A stretch of 64,000 nucleotides of DNA from Octopus vulgaris (Eukaryota), in assembly GCA_951406725.2 (NCBI GenBank), contig OX597821.1:60202001-60266000 (forward strand). The letters are read 5' to 3'. The notes beneath the pieces were generated by a model that made no database searches, was not told where the DNA came from, and saw only the letters and a program-made list of their open reading frames with translations. The translations under genes and the position numbers were made by a program. This document shows, piece after piece, positions 11,561 through 24,204 of the stretch (its first letter is position 1; the number at the start of each line of letters is the position of its first letter).

Positions 11561-12169
11561 TTTTGATTTCCACTTTTCCATTCTTGCATAAGTCAGATAA
11601 AATTTGTTGAGCCAGATTCTCTTTCTGCTACCGGCCCTCACCTGTTTCCATGCGAGTCATCTTTCACTCTTGATACTGTCCTCTCATTTTACACTGATCA
11701 CGTTCATGAATCACTGGTTTATACCTGCTCCACACTCTTATCACCTATTCAACCACATGTCATCTCCTGCTCTTTATCATTACTCTTCTGCTACTCTTCA
11801 CCACATTTTCAGTCACCTTTCTCCTACCTCCCTCAACTTGTATTCTTGATTGCCCCTCAACTCTACCTAATTTCTACAGTTGTCACCTACTCTTCCCCAC
11901 TTTTCCTACTTAACCTTTGACACTTGCTCATAATTTTCACTATCTCTATCTCTCCCCTAAACTCTTGTAACCTTTGCCCACTCCCTCTTACTCATCTTGT
12001 ATCTTGACAAATCAATATTTTTACCTCTTTCTAGTTCCACCCTGAGCACTCTAATCCTGTCTTCTATAACGTGGGTAGCTGCATACCATCCCTACAGCAA
12101 GAAGCTTGTTCTGTTGTGCCCTTTCATCCCCTAGCATAAAGCCAGTTTGCTCACTATTGTAGCTCCACT

Positions 12170-12362
12170 TAAAGGGGACCTTCCAAGCTGTATGGTGACC
12201 TCACTAGTGCTGCCCCTAGTACACACATAAATGGATTATTTTAGGAAGAGCATCCAGCTGTAGAAATCATGCCAATGCAGACATTAGAGCACAATGCAAT
12301 TTTTGTCCAAATCGGATCCTGTCAAATCACTCGGTCACTGCCAGCATGGAAGATGGATGTCA
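12170..12362 (+). mobile_element. RTE-LINE 3'-end fragment
   Basis: ttaggaagagcatccagctgtagaaa...gccagcatggaagatggatgtc. Confidence 0.7.
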
Positions 12363-12629
12363 AAAAATATATTTACACACACACAAGGCAGTGTATGAGC
12401 TTTCAGCTAGTTGAACGACCTGCACAAATGCTTTGTATCTAGTAATCAAATGTTTATGCCACACATTAGCTCACCCTCTCCATCAAATCAACGTCTGAAC
12501 AGGTGCTCTGTGTACCACACATCAGGTGTTGAAGTGATCACAGAGCAACATTGTATGATGCGTTTTGCTCTTGAAACCTCAATCTTGCGATGGTGAGTAC
12601 AACACCTTGACAACTAGGCCATGTGCCTG

Positions 12630-12975
12630 TTTTACTTGTTTCAGTCGTTTCACTGGAGCACCCGCTTTGGTCGAACAAATCGACCCGAGGACTTATTCTT
12701 TGTAAGCCTAGTACTTAGTCTATCAGTCTCTTTTGCCAAACCGCTAATTTACGGGGATGTAAACACACCACCATCGGTTGTCAAGCGATGTTGGGGGGAC
12801 AAACAGACACACACATACGACAGACTTCTTTCAGTTTCCATCTACCAAATCCACTCACAAGGCTTTAGTCGGCCCGAGGCTATAGTGGAAGACACTTGCC
12901 CAAGGTGTCACGCAGTGGGACTGAACCCGGAACCATGTGGTTCATAAGCAATCTACTTACCACACAGCCACTCCT
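12630..12975 (-). mobile_element. SINE family A, near full length
   Basis: Minus-strand head ggagtggctgtgtggtaagtag...ccgggttcagtcccac (A/B boxes), internal microsatellite, tail gactgaaacaagtaaaa. Confidence 0.9.
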
Positions 12976-13369
12976 ATATATATTAACACATACACACATT
13001 CTCTCACAATATATGTATGAGTAACTTGGATGTGCCCAAAGTCTGTTGGCTCATGTTCCACATTCTCTCAAGAATACCACCAATTGAATACTGTTCTAAC
13101 AAGCTGTTTAAGGAGCAAATAATACTCCAACCAACCAAAAGTAACAATTTTCTAAATTTCTGCCCCATAAGTAATATGGAAATGATCCCTATTGAGAACT
13201 AAAAAAATTTGTAGACATGTATCCTATATGAAGCATCCAGTGTCTTTCCAGTTTAACCTTTCATAAAGCAAACTGAAAATCATTATAACAAAAGATCCTT
13301 AAAACAGAATGGCCCTAAACATTTATCTACACATAATAATGACATGAAATTTAAATATGTCAATAATGC

Positions 13370-13478
13370 AAGTTGGCAGAAACGTTAGCACGCCAGGTGA
13401 AATGCTTAGTATTTCATCTGTCTTTATGTTCTAAGTTCAAATTCCGCCAAAGTCTACTTTGCCTTTCATCCTTTTGGA
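13370..13478 (+). mobile_element. SINE family B 5' part
   Basis: tggcagaaacgttagcacgccagg...gttcaaattccgcc...tttgcctttcatcctt. Confidence 0.8.
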
Positions 13479-13484
13479 TGAAAA

Positions 13485-13660
13485 AGAATCCAGGTTCATA
13501 GAAATTATGAAAACAAACCCAAGGCTTTCTTTAAATTTTCTAAAGAAATAACCTCAGAGCAGTACAAGATGGGACCATTGTTCTGAGAAAATGGCTCCCT
13601 TACTGCAATCCCCCGAAACTTAAGTGAAATATTGAATGAACAATTCAAGTGTCTTCATCT
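13485..13660 (+). mobile_element. CR1/L2-like LINE ORF2 fragment
   Basis: Frameshifted translation KTNPKAFFKF...GPL...NGSLT...SEILNEQF resembles the CR1/L2 endonuclease-RT linker. Confidence 0.5.
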
Positions 13661-13804
13661 CTCCTTCGAGGTGAGTTCTGTGCCACTACAGCTGTACCTA
13701 CAGAGATAGGACGGTTAGTAAAAGGATGCCAACAACACCGATTGTGCTCCAGTGTGGCCACAGCTCACAGGGTGAAATAGATAAAAAAGTATATTATGTG
13801 TATA

Positions 13805-14172
13805 TTCTTTTACTCATTTCAGTCATTTGACTGTGGCCATGTTGCAGCACTACCTTATAGAAATTCACCCCAGGACTTATTCTTTGTAAGCCTAGTAGTT
13901 ATTCTATCAGTGTCTTTAGGCAAACCAATAAGTTATGGGGATATAAACACACCAGCATCAGTTGTGAAGTGATGGCAGGTGGAGGAGGGACAGACATATA
14001 TGTTCATATATCTATACAACAGGCTTCTTTTGGTTTCCGTCTACCAAATCTACTCAAGGCTTTGGTTGGCTCAAAGCTATAGTAGAAAGCACCTGCCTAA
14101 AGTGCCACGCAATAGGACAACCTAGAACCATGTGGTTGGGAAGTAAGCTTCTTATGGCACACCCATGCCTGC
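13805..14172 (-). mobile_element. SINE family A, full length
   Basis: Colinear with 12630-12975 and 43843-44272. Confidence 0.88.
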
Positions 14173-14192
14173 ATATATCATATATATATATA

Positions 14193-14674
14193 TATCGGGT
14201 TGGCAAGAGTAAATTCGTTTTTCGCAAATAGGTTACAATTGTTTTTTATGACTTTTGTCAATGTTATGAATTTTTTTCCTTTTGACATTTGATAGCCATT
14301 ACTTTTAGCTTATTTTAGAAGCAAATTGTACATAACTTTGTTTACAGCTGTTCGTTCAGTGTCAATTTTAACATGGAGTGCAAAAATGAACATTTTCACC
14401 ATATTTTACTTTTTTATTACCATAACGGCAAGAAAGCTGCCAAGGCTCACAAAGAGATATGTGAATGGTAAAACTTTAACGATGATGAACTGAAATTGCA
14501 CTTGCTTCAGTTTTTGGCCGATAAGGCCTAGAAGTTCTATGAGCACAGAATCATAAATTTGTCAGAAAGATGGCTAAAGGCCATTGAACAAAATGGAAAA
14601 TATAATTGATTAAAGTTTGTATGAAAAAATGAGTAATCCTAAAAGAACAAAATTACTTTCTTGTCAACCCAATA
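14193..14674 (+). mobile_element. Internally deleted mariner (Tc1/mariner) element
   Basis: Imperfect TIRs tatcgggttggcaagag / cttgtcaacccaata with TA flanks. Transposase start MECKNEHFHHILLFYYHNGKKAAKAHKEICE (ATG 14373) is joined directly to the C-terminal ...NLSERWLKAIEQNGKY. Confidence 0.88.
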
Positions 14675-17640
14675 CATATGTATAATATGCATATGTGTAT
14701 ATTCAATATGTTCATGTATGTGTATAATATACAGATATCTATATATATATGTAAATATAAATTGTTTTTAATGGTGGGACTTGAAATAGACGAAGCTATA
14801 AATAAATTGTGTAAATATTTGGTTAAAGAGCCCTTTGGAGGAATGGTACAGTAGATAATAATGCTATAAAAGCTAAAAGACAGGCCAGGTAAATAGCTGA
14901 AGAAAGAACAATATCAGATAACCAAAAAACAAGCCAGCCGTCAGGTAATATATAGCAAGGATAGAAGCTGAAAAGTAAGATATTTGCCAGCAACACTTTC
15001 TCTGATGCCATAAAGAAAGAGGCAAGGGGATATTACTTGTTTATGTTGCTCAAAGAGAGTACAAGACAGACAGACACAAGTTCTGCTCCCAAGAAGACCT
15101 GGTAAAAGAACAAACTATAAAAGTTTGACAATGATCTTATGAAAAGCACAATTAAAGCAGCAAAGTCAGCTGCTCCATGAAAAGTATTTGCTGGGGTTTT
15201 GAAAATAGCTGGTGGGGAAGGACACACACACATAGACATATACTTGTTTATATAGTTTGTTAGGTGTGGGCATGGCTATGTTAAGAAACTCACTTTGCAA
15301 ACAAATCGCTTCAGGTTCAGTTCCATGGCAGAGCACTTTGGACAAGTATCTTCTATTGTGCTGGATGACCAATGCCTTGTGAGTGAATTTAGTAGATATA
15401 AACTGTGTGTATGCATATATATATATATACACATACATACATATATATACTTTTGAAGTGGTTGACATAAGTAAGGGCATCCAGCCGTAGAAACCATGCC
15501 AAATCATGGTGGAATTAGAACTCAGATCATAAATAACTGGAAGAAATACTACTAAGCATTTTGCCCAACATGGTAACAATTCTGCCTGTTCCCTGCCTTA
15601 ATTAGAACACTGTGCAAAACAACACCAATCCTACTTGATACACATGCCTTTTGTATAAAGAAAATCTTTGTTTAACAGAGGAAACAGTTTCTTTAACTTC
15701 CCATTTCTCTTGACTTAGTTTTCGCAAATTTTTGTTTCTTTATAAAGTATAACTAGCTTCCATCAACCACTTAAGGCCAATTGTAAACTTCCTTTTTTGG
15801 TTTGTTTTGAATTTATGGTTCTCACTCTTTTTCAAACATCTCACAGTATCTTTCTTTCTTTTTCATTGTACCTGTATTATGCATTGCCTGCATAATATAG
15901 ACTAACTGATTTTCCTGATTTTTAGCAAGATTTTTCTCCTAAAACACTTTTTTACTTAAATTCACTTGTACTAAATTTATTTGATAACAGTTATAATTTA
16001 GGGACTTAATTGTATTTCTAGTTCCAAACTGTCTTATGACAATCTGTTGAAACTTGGGTGGACATCAGTCTATATACTGACACATCAAGTGTGCTGTTTT
16101 TTCATTGTTGTATTTCCTAGTGTATGAGACATGCAAAAGAATTGCACCTCATTTAATATGGCTGTATTACAAATGCGAGACTCAGTGTCATAGGCTAGGA
16201 AGCTAGATGAGCAAAAGTCCATTTGGCAAAAGAATTATTACTAATAACAAAATATTGAAAACAAACCAAAGTGTCACAGTCTATTTAGCACAAACTTAAC
16301 AAAAACTGTTTACAGTACATTGGTAATTTATTTTACTTCATTTTACCTCCTTCCCCAGCATACATAATCTACACCTGATTTAAGGTTTACATTATTTGAC
16401 TTTGTTACATATAACAAACATTTTTGAAATTAAATTCTAGAAAAATGAATGAAATGCTAACAAGCTTCCATTCATGTGTCAGTTATTTGCACTGAGTGGA
16501 TGACAACAAAATCACAGCAGTGGTATGCCACCCTGGGTAACCAGTAGTGATTACATGAAACATCATAGCTAGAAATATGAGTTTTATATCATGTGTGACA
16601 ATTCTCTTGACTAAAAATTAAACAACTATACAATTGATCTGGAAGAAGACAAAGTTGAAATATGGTAATCCCATAACGTAGTTTATTTATGGTAAATTTA
16701 TGGATCATATGTTATTCCAGTATGACTCAACATTGTATTTTTATGCACAGAAACACATTTTCCCCAGCAAAACTGCTTTAAAATATCTTTAGTAAATGTA
16801 TGAGAAAATATGCTAAATTTGTTTTTCCACAAAATGAAGGTAATACTCTAACATAGTTTTGGCAATGATAACTAAAACAGAAGTAAGGAATTAAATATAT
16901 TGCTAACCTAAAGCTGGAAACTCCACAAACTGTTGTTTTTTTAACTTTACCTATGATGCACTTCGGCTATTTTGTGCACAGCATTTTTATTTTTCAGCCA
17001 AATATTCTTTGTGGTTTATGATATTAGAAGCCACAGATTAGTTCTGATCTCTCTATCATAGAAAAAATCCTTTGTGTATGATTTTTCTCTGGTTTTACTC
17101 AATCTTTCAGTGATGAGAATTTTCCAACTCATCCAAACAGTTGACATCTCTCATTTGCAATGTCTTTATTCTTTGGCAGAAATAAAACAGAAACTGTTTC
17201 CCTTCTGTAAGCTTCAGCTGCAAATCGGGGAGAATGGTGAGAGGAGATTGAAAAAAAACAGAGTATTTTGCCAGGAATGTGAATGCAAGCAAATACAAAA
17301 ATCCAATCATTAAAGTTACAGTAATCTCAACCCTATTCTGCCAAGCAAAGGCTGTCAATTTATTTCAAGTACAGTGTATAGAAGATGATGTGAAAGAGCA
17401 TTTCATTACCCTTACTGTAAGGTTCACTTTGCCACGTTTGTGTGAGGCAGATTTTCTATGGCTGGATGCCTTTGCTGTTGCCAACCACTACCTCTGTCCA
17501 AGTAAGGAAATATTTCCCCAAGACCAAATATATTTTCACAAAAGACTGGAAATGAAGGATAATGCATGTATGATGATGATACTCACACATAACCATGTTA
17601 AGGCAACACACACACACACACACACACATATAAAGGAAAG

Positions 17641-17908
17641 CATATTTCCAAAATGGAAAAAACCCATATCATGAATTTAAAATAATTTCATACTTTATGA
17701 TGTAATCCACTTTGTATCGGGTGAAAACTGCCAGATATCAAACCTTATGTCACAATAAGTATCCAAACATTAATGTAATGTTTGGATAGCAATTGCACCA
17801 TAAGGTTTGATACCTGGCAGTTTGTACCTGACTGAAAGGCAGATAACACTATAAATTATGAAGTTATTTTAAACTCCTGATATGGATTTTTTCCACTTTG
17901 GAAATATG
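17641..17908. mobile_element. Fold-back/MITE-like palindrome, ~270 bp
   Basis: catatttccaaaatggaaaaaacccatatca... pairs with ...tgatatggattttttccactttggaaatatg. Centre is atccaaacatta-atg-taatgtttggat. Confidence 0.8.
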
Positions 17909-18202
17909 TAGTGATCAACTGCATTTATCCAATTTTCCTTCAGACATTTACTTATCACATACTTAGTACCAGATTCAAAAGCAACAGAAGTATAAATAGA
18001 TGGAATTTTATAAAATATATCGTTTCTCACACTTATTAATGTCGAAGCTGAAACAACTTAAATAATAATATAATGACTGTAGTTTATGTGGTGTTTGAAT
18101 AAATATTTTGTGGATCAGAGTTGGAACTACTAAGTGGTTGTTTCACTTGTCCTATTTTATTAATACTATATATATTCTGTAAATACAGCAATCACCATGC
18201 GA

Positions 18203-18465
18203 TGACTAAAGAAAATAGTCTAATAGTAGGGCATATAAGCCCTTGATGGAAAAAAAGTAGGTTTTCCTGTATGCGTGGGACTCAAACTCACACCTCTTTG
18301 TTCTTAAATCTGACAGAATTAATCAGGTTGGTGTGCTAGTGTAATGGTAGCATTCTTGTCGCGAAAACAAAAAGGTGTGGGTTTGAGTCCCACGTGCATG
18401 GGAAAACCTACTTTTTTTCCATTGAGGGCTTATATGCCCTATTATTAGACTATTTTCTTTAGTCA
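18203..18465. mobile_element. Fold-back element built around a tRNA-like sequence
   Basis: ~100-bp arms (tgactaaagaaaatagtctaata... / ...tattagactattttctttagtca). tRNA-like unit at 18330-18401 with A-box tagtgtaatggtagca and T-arm gtgggtttgagtcccac. Confidence 0.8.
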
Positions 18466-18704
18466 CCTATGATGGGCCTCTTCCAGTTTCCATTGACTAA
18501 TATGCTCACAATGCTTTGGTTAGCCAAGGACTATAGTAGAAGATACTTGCCCAATGTACTACACGGTGGGACGGAACACAAGACCATGTAGTTGGGAAGC
18601 AAACTTCTTACCACACAGCCTATATACATACATACATACCCACCTACCTACATACTTGCATGCATGCAAGTATACATATATACATACATACATTCATATA
18701 TACA

Positions 18705-20119
18705 TCATGGACCAATAGCCAGATTTCTAGCTCCCACTTTGAATGGTATGCATTTGCAATCCAGGAACAGGAAATATCAACCAAAAACCTAATGCACAAA
18801 AGGGATAAAGATGCAGGAAAAGCAGTGAAATATGATGGGTGGGGAATCATTTTCCATTTAAACTGCACCAGCCTTTGGAATGTCATCCTCACTGTATGTG
18901 ACCAACCATTATCCTGAAGGAAGAACACCTTTTGTCTTGAAACCAAAGACGGTCATTTTTCTTCTAGCGTTGACTTAAGTTACTCAAGCAGCTCATAGCA
19001 GGTCTCCTTTGTTATCATTTGGTTTGGGTTTAAAAGTTCAAAGTGGACTAACCCTTTCATATCCCACCAAACAGATAACAACATCTTACGTGGGTGAAGG
19101 CCTTCTTTAGCCTGGGGTGCCTGTGTTTCTCCTACTATTCACTGTCTTTGGCGCTTGACATTTTTATAGAGAACCCATTTCTCCTCACCAGTCACTATTT
19201 GGTCCAAAAAAAGGTTCATTCATGAGACGTGACAGCAAAGAAGAGCACATATTCACCCTCTGCATATAATTGGACTCGGAAACTTTGTAAGGAACCCATT
19301 GACTCTATTTTCTGATGGCACGCAGGTGTTGATGAATGGTTGGAAGACCAAATCTGAGCTTCTCTACTAGTTCTTCAGCAGTTACTATGGAATCTTGTTC
19401 CAACAGGGTTTGTAGGATGTCCTCGTCGAGCTCTACAGATTTTTTAGGATGAGGCTCATCTTCTCAGCTGTAGTTTCCGGTTCGGAATGGCATGTAAAAA
19501 CCACCATCTGAACACAGTCGATGCCAGCCTCCCTGTCCCAACTGGCTCCTGTACCAATAGCACATAAAAAGCACCATCTGAACATGTCTGATGCCAGTGC
19601 CACCAGACTGGCTCCCATGCTGGTTGCATGTAAAAAGCATCCACTACACTCTTGGAGTGGTTGGCGTTAGGGAGGGCATCCAGCTGTAGAAACACTGCCA
19701 GATCAGATAGGAGCCTGGTGCAGCCTCCTGGCCTACCAGTCCCCAGTCAAACCATCCAACCCATGCCAGCATAGAAAACAGATGTTAAACAATGATGATA
19801 ACCGTTGACACTGGCTTATGCGTATTGTCCGATCCCCATATATTGCATTAATATTCCCCACACTTTACGTTGTATTGTTGCCTTTATTGAAGCCATAAAG
19901 CAAAATATGCCGAATACGCTCTTTTGTCACTTCCATTATAGCTTTGAAACAGTAACTGTTGAAATTGAACTGCACTCTTCAAAACTTGCACCAAGAATAA
20001 GTACAAGGTAAAATTACTATCTGCTTTTATAACAAGTTGATGCAGTAGTTTATCTTGACCCCTCTGACTTTTAGTTCATGCAACTGAAAATACCACATTA
20101 TTTATGGGATGACCCAATA
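18705..20119 (-). mobile_element. Mariner transposase pseudogene with 5' TIR, interrupted by an RTE tail
   Basis: TIR tattgggtcatcccataaataat on the minus strand (20119 down). MEVTKEHIRHILLY (ATG 19936)...WVPYKV...IVTGEEKW...LHPRKMLLSVWWD...FLQDN...IPHPSY, with several stops. Confidence 0.92.
19489..19800 (+). mobile_element. RTE-LINE 3' UTR fragment nested in mariner
   Basis: ggagtggttggcgttagggagggcatccagctgtagaaac...gttaaacaatgatgat. Confidence 0.88.
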
Positions 20120-20669
20120 CACACACATACATTCATACAGACATTCATATATACATACTGACAGTGACTGTATATATATCTAGTCACTGTCACTACACAT
20201 CTATTTTGTATTCATAAGCAATTACTACATGAAATATAAAAAGCATTCAACTGTAATAAATCTAGTGTGTAAGTTTAGCCCATGGTTGAGTGAACTTACA
20301 TTTAAAAGTATTTTTTATCTATCTTGGACTTCATTGTTTATTGTTTCTTTCAAACAGTAGGATAGGATCTGAGCTACAAATGGTAGTGGATTGACTGACA
20401 GCATAGTTGTTGATTTGAGCCAGTGTATATTCTTATTCCAGGAGTGTTACACTTGAGTGTGTGTATGTTTATATTAGGTGTGGTGTCACACTACTGCATC
20501 CTGAGCTGTTGGAGATTTTTTGATATTCAACTGACCTGTTTTTAAGGACAAACACAATTTTGTAGGATGTAATATATAAGTGGTTAAAAGCCTGAAATTG
20601 TAATTTAATCCAATATTTACAGTGTAAAAAATGATAGTCGTGAATTGATATTATAGGTATATTTTTTTT

Positions 20670-21058
20670 TACTTGTTTCAGTCATTAGGCTATGGCCATG
20701 CTGGGGCACTGCTTTGAAGAATTTTTAGTTGAACGAATTGACCCCAGTACTTATTATTTTTTTGTAAAACCTGTTACTTATTCTATCAGTCAGTTTTGTT
20801 GAACCATTAAGTTATGGGGGACATAAACGCACCAGCATCAGTTGTCAAGCAATGGTGAGGGGACAAATACATACATACACACACACACACATATGACAGG
20901 TTTCTTTCAGTTTCTGTCTGCCAAATCCACTCACAAGACTTTGATTGGCCTGAGGCTATAGTAGAAGACACTTGGCCAAGGTGTCATACACTGGGACTGA
21001 ATTTGGAACCATGTGGTTGGGAAGCAAGCTTCTTACCACACAGCCACTCCTGCACCTA
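20670..21058 (-). mobile_element. SINE family A, full length
   Basis: Colinear with the other family A copies. Confidence 0.9.
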
Positions 21059-21060
21059 TA

Positions 21061-21340
21061 TATATATTATATAAAATTCGTGGGTAAGGCCAGAACAATC
21101 CAAAATAAATCCAAGTCAAATCCCAAGAAAACAGGCATATGAATTAATGGTGACTTACCCTGCATTCAATATTTCAGAGTTACAACCTGCAACATTTGCT
21201 ATTTCCTGAAGAGGGGGTCATAACCCTGAAATATTGAATGCAGGGTAAGTCACCATTAATTCATATACTTGTTTTCTTGGGATTTGACTTAGATTTATTT
21301 TGCATTGTTCTGGCCTTACCCATGAATTTTATAATATATA
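21061..21340. mobile_element. Fold-back element with a hammerhead-like core near the loop (probable Penelope inverted pLTR relic)
   Basis: ~120-bp arms in (TA)n flanks. CTGAAGA-ggggg-tcata-accct-GAAA-tatt at 21206-21235. Confidence 0.7.
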
Positions 21341-22029
21341 AATATATATATATAGGGAGATTTTACGAAAAAAAAAAAAAGACGAAGACAGGTGGTGTAC
21401 AAAACAAACAGATGTATTAGAATAACGCTCAGGAATAGAAAAAGTCTTTTACGTTTCGAGCCTACGCTCTTCTACAGAAAGGGACACAGAAAAAACAAGG
21501 AGAGAAAAAAATGTGTGTAGTGGCTAACAATAATGGGCTTCTTTCAGTTTCTGTCGACCAAATCCACTTACAGGCCTTTGGTTTGATGAGGCTATAGTAG
21601 AAAACATTTGCCTATGCTACGCAGTGGGACTGAACCCACAACCATGTAGTTAGGAAGCAAACTTCTTGCCACACATTTATGTCTGCACCTATATTGTTCA
21701 TTGATAAAATACATGAGAATAATTGTCTTAAATATAATGATATATATAATAAAATTGCTTGAGGTGCCACACATGGGACTGAACCTGAAACCATATAGTT
21801 GGGAAGCATATTTCTTAATCACACCACCATGTCAGCAACTACTCAAAATAAATCAAAACTTTGATATTTATGGTGGAGAAAATTAAACAAAGGAAGGTTT
21901 TGTACATCCTCCATGAATTTTTTATACTATTTCTGTACTTTGTATCTGAGTTCAGACGCTGCCAAGTTAAGTTTCAATTTTAATTCTTGTTGAGTTGACT
22001 GAATATACATTTTTAATATTCTCGAGTTC

Positions 22030-22420
22030 AAAGGTAGCAAGCTGGCAGAAACGTTAGCATGCCGGGCGAAATGCTTAGCGGTATTTCGTCTGCTGTTACG
22101 TTCTGAGTTCAAATTCCGCCAAGGTCGACTTTGCCTTTCATCCTTTTGGGGTCAATAAATTAAGTACCAGTTACGCACTGGCGTCGATGTAATCGACTTA
22201 ATCCCTTTGTTTGTCCGCTCTGTGTGTAACCCCTTGTGGGCAGTAAAGAAATAAGAAATGTTAGCATGCTGGGTGAAATTCAAATTTTGCCAAGATCAAC
22301 TTTGCCTTTCATCCTTTCGGGGTTGATAAATTAAGTATTAGTGGTGCACTGGGGTCGAACTAATCAAGTGGCCTCCTACCCCAAAATTTCAGGCTTTGCA
22401 CCTAGATTAGAAAAGAATAT
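22030..22420 (+). mobile_element. SINE family B, full copy followed by a partial tandem copy
   Basis: gctggcagaaacgttagcatgccgggcgaaatgcttagcgg...gtcgactttgcctttcatcc...aagtaccag, restarting at ~22255. Confidence 0.9.
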
Positions 22421-22584
22421 TCTCTAGTTGAGTCACTCAATTCTGTATCATAAATGTATTCTCATTGTCACATGAATTCAATGGAAAGATAGATTTTATG
22501 TTATAAAACTACACATTACAATAGGATTTTCAGGAGTTACAAGGATTCCCACAAATATGTAGGTAGATAGAAATACCTGTAATA

Positions 22585-22800
22585 TTGGTTTCGAATTTTG
22601 GCACAAGGCCAGCAATTTCAGGAAAGGGATAAAGTTGATTACATCGACTCCAGTGTTCAAATTTTACTTATTTTATCAGCCCCAAAATAATGGAAGGCAA
22701 AGTTAACCCTGGCAGGATTTGAATTCAGAACGTAAAGACAAATGAAATGCTGCTATGCAGTTTGCCTGGCACACTAAGGATTCTGCTGGTTTGCTGCCCT
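22585..22800 (-). mobile_element. SINE family B
   Basis: Reverse complement of the 22030 family. Confidence 0.8.
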
Positions 22801-22892
22801 TGTGGGGGGGGGGGGGGTAATATTAAATTGAAAGGAAAGTTGCTAATTGTAGTAAGAAAATATGAATCTGTTTTCCTTTTATTCTACTTAGT

Positions 22893-23280
22893 TGCAGGAA
22901 TGTGTGTGTGCTTAAGAAGCTCACTTTGTATCCACATAGTTTTGGGTTCAATTCCAGTGCATGGCACCTTGGGCAAGTGTCATCTACTTTAGCCCTGGGC
23001 TGACCAAGCGCCTTGTGAGTGAATTTAGTAGACAGAAATTGAGTGGAAGCTTGCTCTGTGTGTGTTTGTCACCTCCTCCACTGCTTAATAACCCAACCAG
23101 TGTTGGTTTGTTTACACCCCCACAGCTTAGCTGTTCAGCAAGAGGGATTGATAGAATAAGTACGAGACTTAAAAAAAAAATACCTAAGTATTGAGTTTGG
23201 TTCATGCAACTAAACTTTACAAGGCAGTGCCCCAGGATGGCCATAGTTCAATGACTGAATCAAGTAAAAGATAAAAGACA
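22893..23280 (+). mobile_element. SINE family A
   Basis: gcaggaatgtgtgtg...gggttcaattccagtgcatggcaccttgggcaagtg...atgactgaatcaagtaaaaga. Confidence 0.85.
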
Positions 23281-23852
23281 AGAGATAAAACTATCGTTTT
23301 TAGGTGTGGCAGTGTGATCAAAAAATCACAGTTAAGTGAGAAACATTCATTTATGATGCCAAGTTTTCTGCAAGTTTTTAGCCATCAGAGATTACAAATC
23401 ACTCCTTTGCAAGTTGAAACCATTCATCAATTTTAACAGTGGTGACTATTCATTTCCTGCTGGTTGCAATGATGAATTAGCCTGCATTTCAACCTGGTGA
23501 CTAATTGGAGCCAGGCTGGCTGAGTATTTTTGCTGGAGACACAGCAGTGTCCACGATGTGATGCGAATCATTGACTTTTCAATGAGTATTTATCCAATAT
23601 GCTATTGACTTGGATTTGACCAGCTGTGACTTTCTTTCTAAGAATGTATTGAAATAGGGATGTTTAGACACACACACACATCTATGTGTAATACACACAC
23701 ATATATGCATATATATAAATATATGTACATGCATACACACACACACACGCACACACACATATGTATATATATATATATATGCACATGCACACACACATAT
23801 ATACACACACATACATATAGATGCATATATATATATATATATCAGTATGTAT

Positions 23853-23964
23853 ACTCTTACAAACGCTACACCTTTAAAAAGAAATGGACTTGTTTGATTG
23901 ATCGCTCGAAGATTGACCGTTTTTTCTAAAGGGCCAATCAAACAAGTCCATTTCTTTTTAAAGG
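23853..23964. mobile_element. Short hairpin insertion flanked by a 15-bp target-site duplication
   Basis: Arms acctttaaaaagaaatggacttgtttgattg / caatcaaacaagtccatttctttttaaaggt. tatatcagtatgtat occurs at 23838-23852 and 23965-23979. Confidence 0.75.
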
Positions 23965-24204
23965 TATATCAGTATGTATGCAGTTCATTTAATCATCCTT
24001 TAACAAAAATAGATTTCACTGAAGAAAGAAATGTAGAAATACATTAAAAAAAACACAAAACCAGAAAATATTGAAATATATTTTTATAGAATGTAAAATA
24101 TGTTGGTGAATTTCAAAATTTTGTTTTCAGTGATATTAACAGTAGCATCTTGAAAATTGATTAAAATTTGTTAATTTTTAAAAATTTCTTAATATATATA
24201 TCTT

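Noticed and set aside
17099-17217. Minus-strand exon candidate with a good pyrimidine tract
   Set aside because: All frames close before the weak donor and the peptide is not recognisable.
20159-20192. Small hairpins around (TA)n loops (also 37077-37099)
   Set aside because: Short arms around a self-complementary microsatellite; no further support for function.
20200-20620. Possible Penelope GIY-YIG relic on the minus strand (...SLNHGLN)
   Set aside because: Only a few residues of similarity; too degenerate to support.
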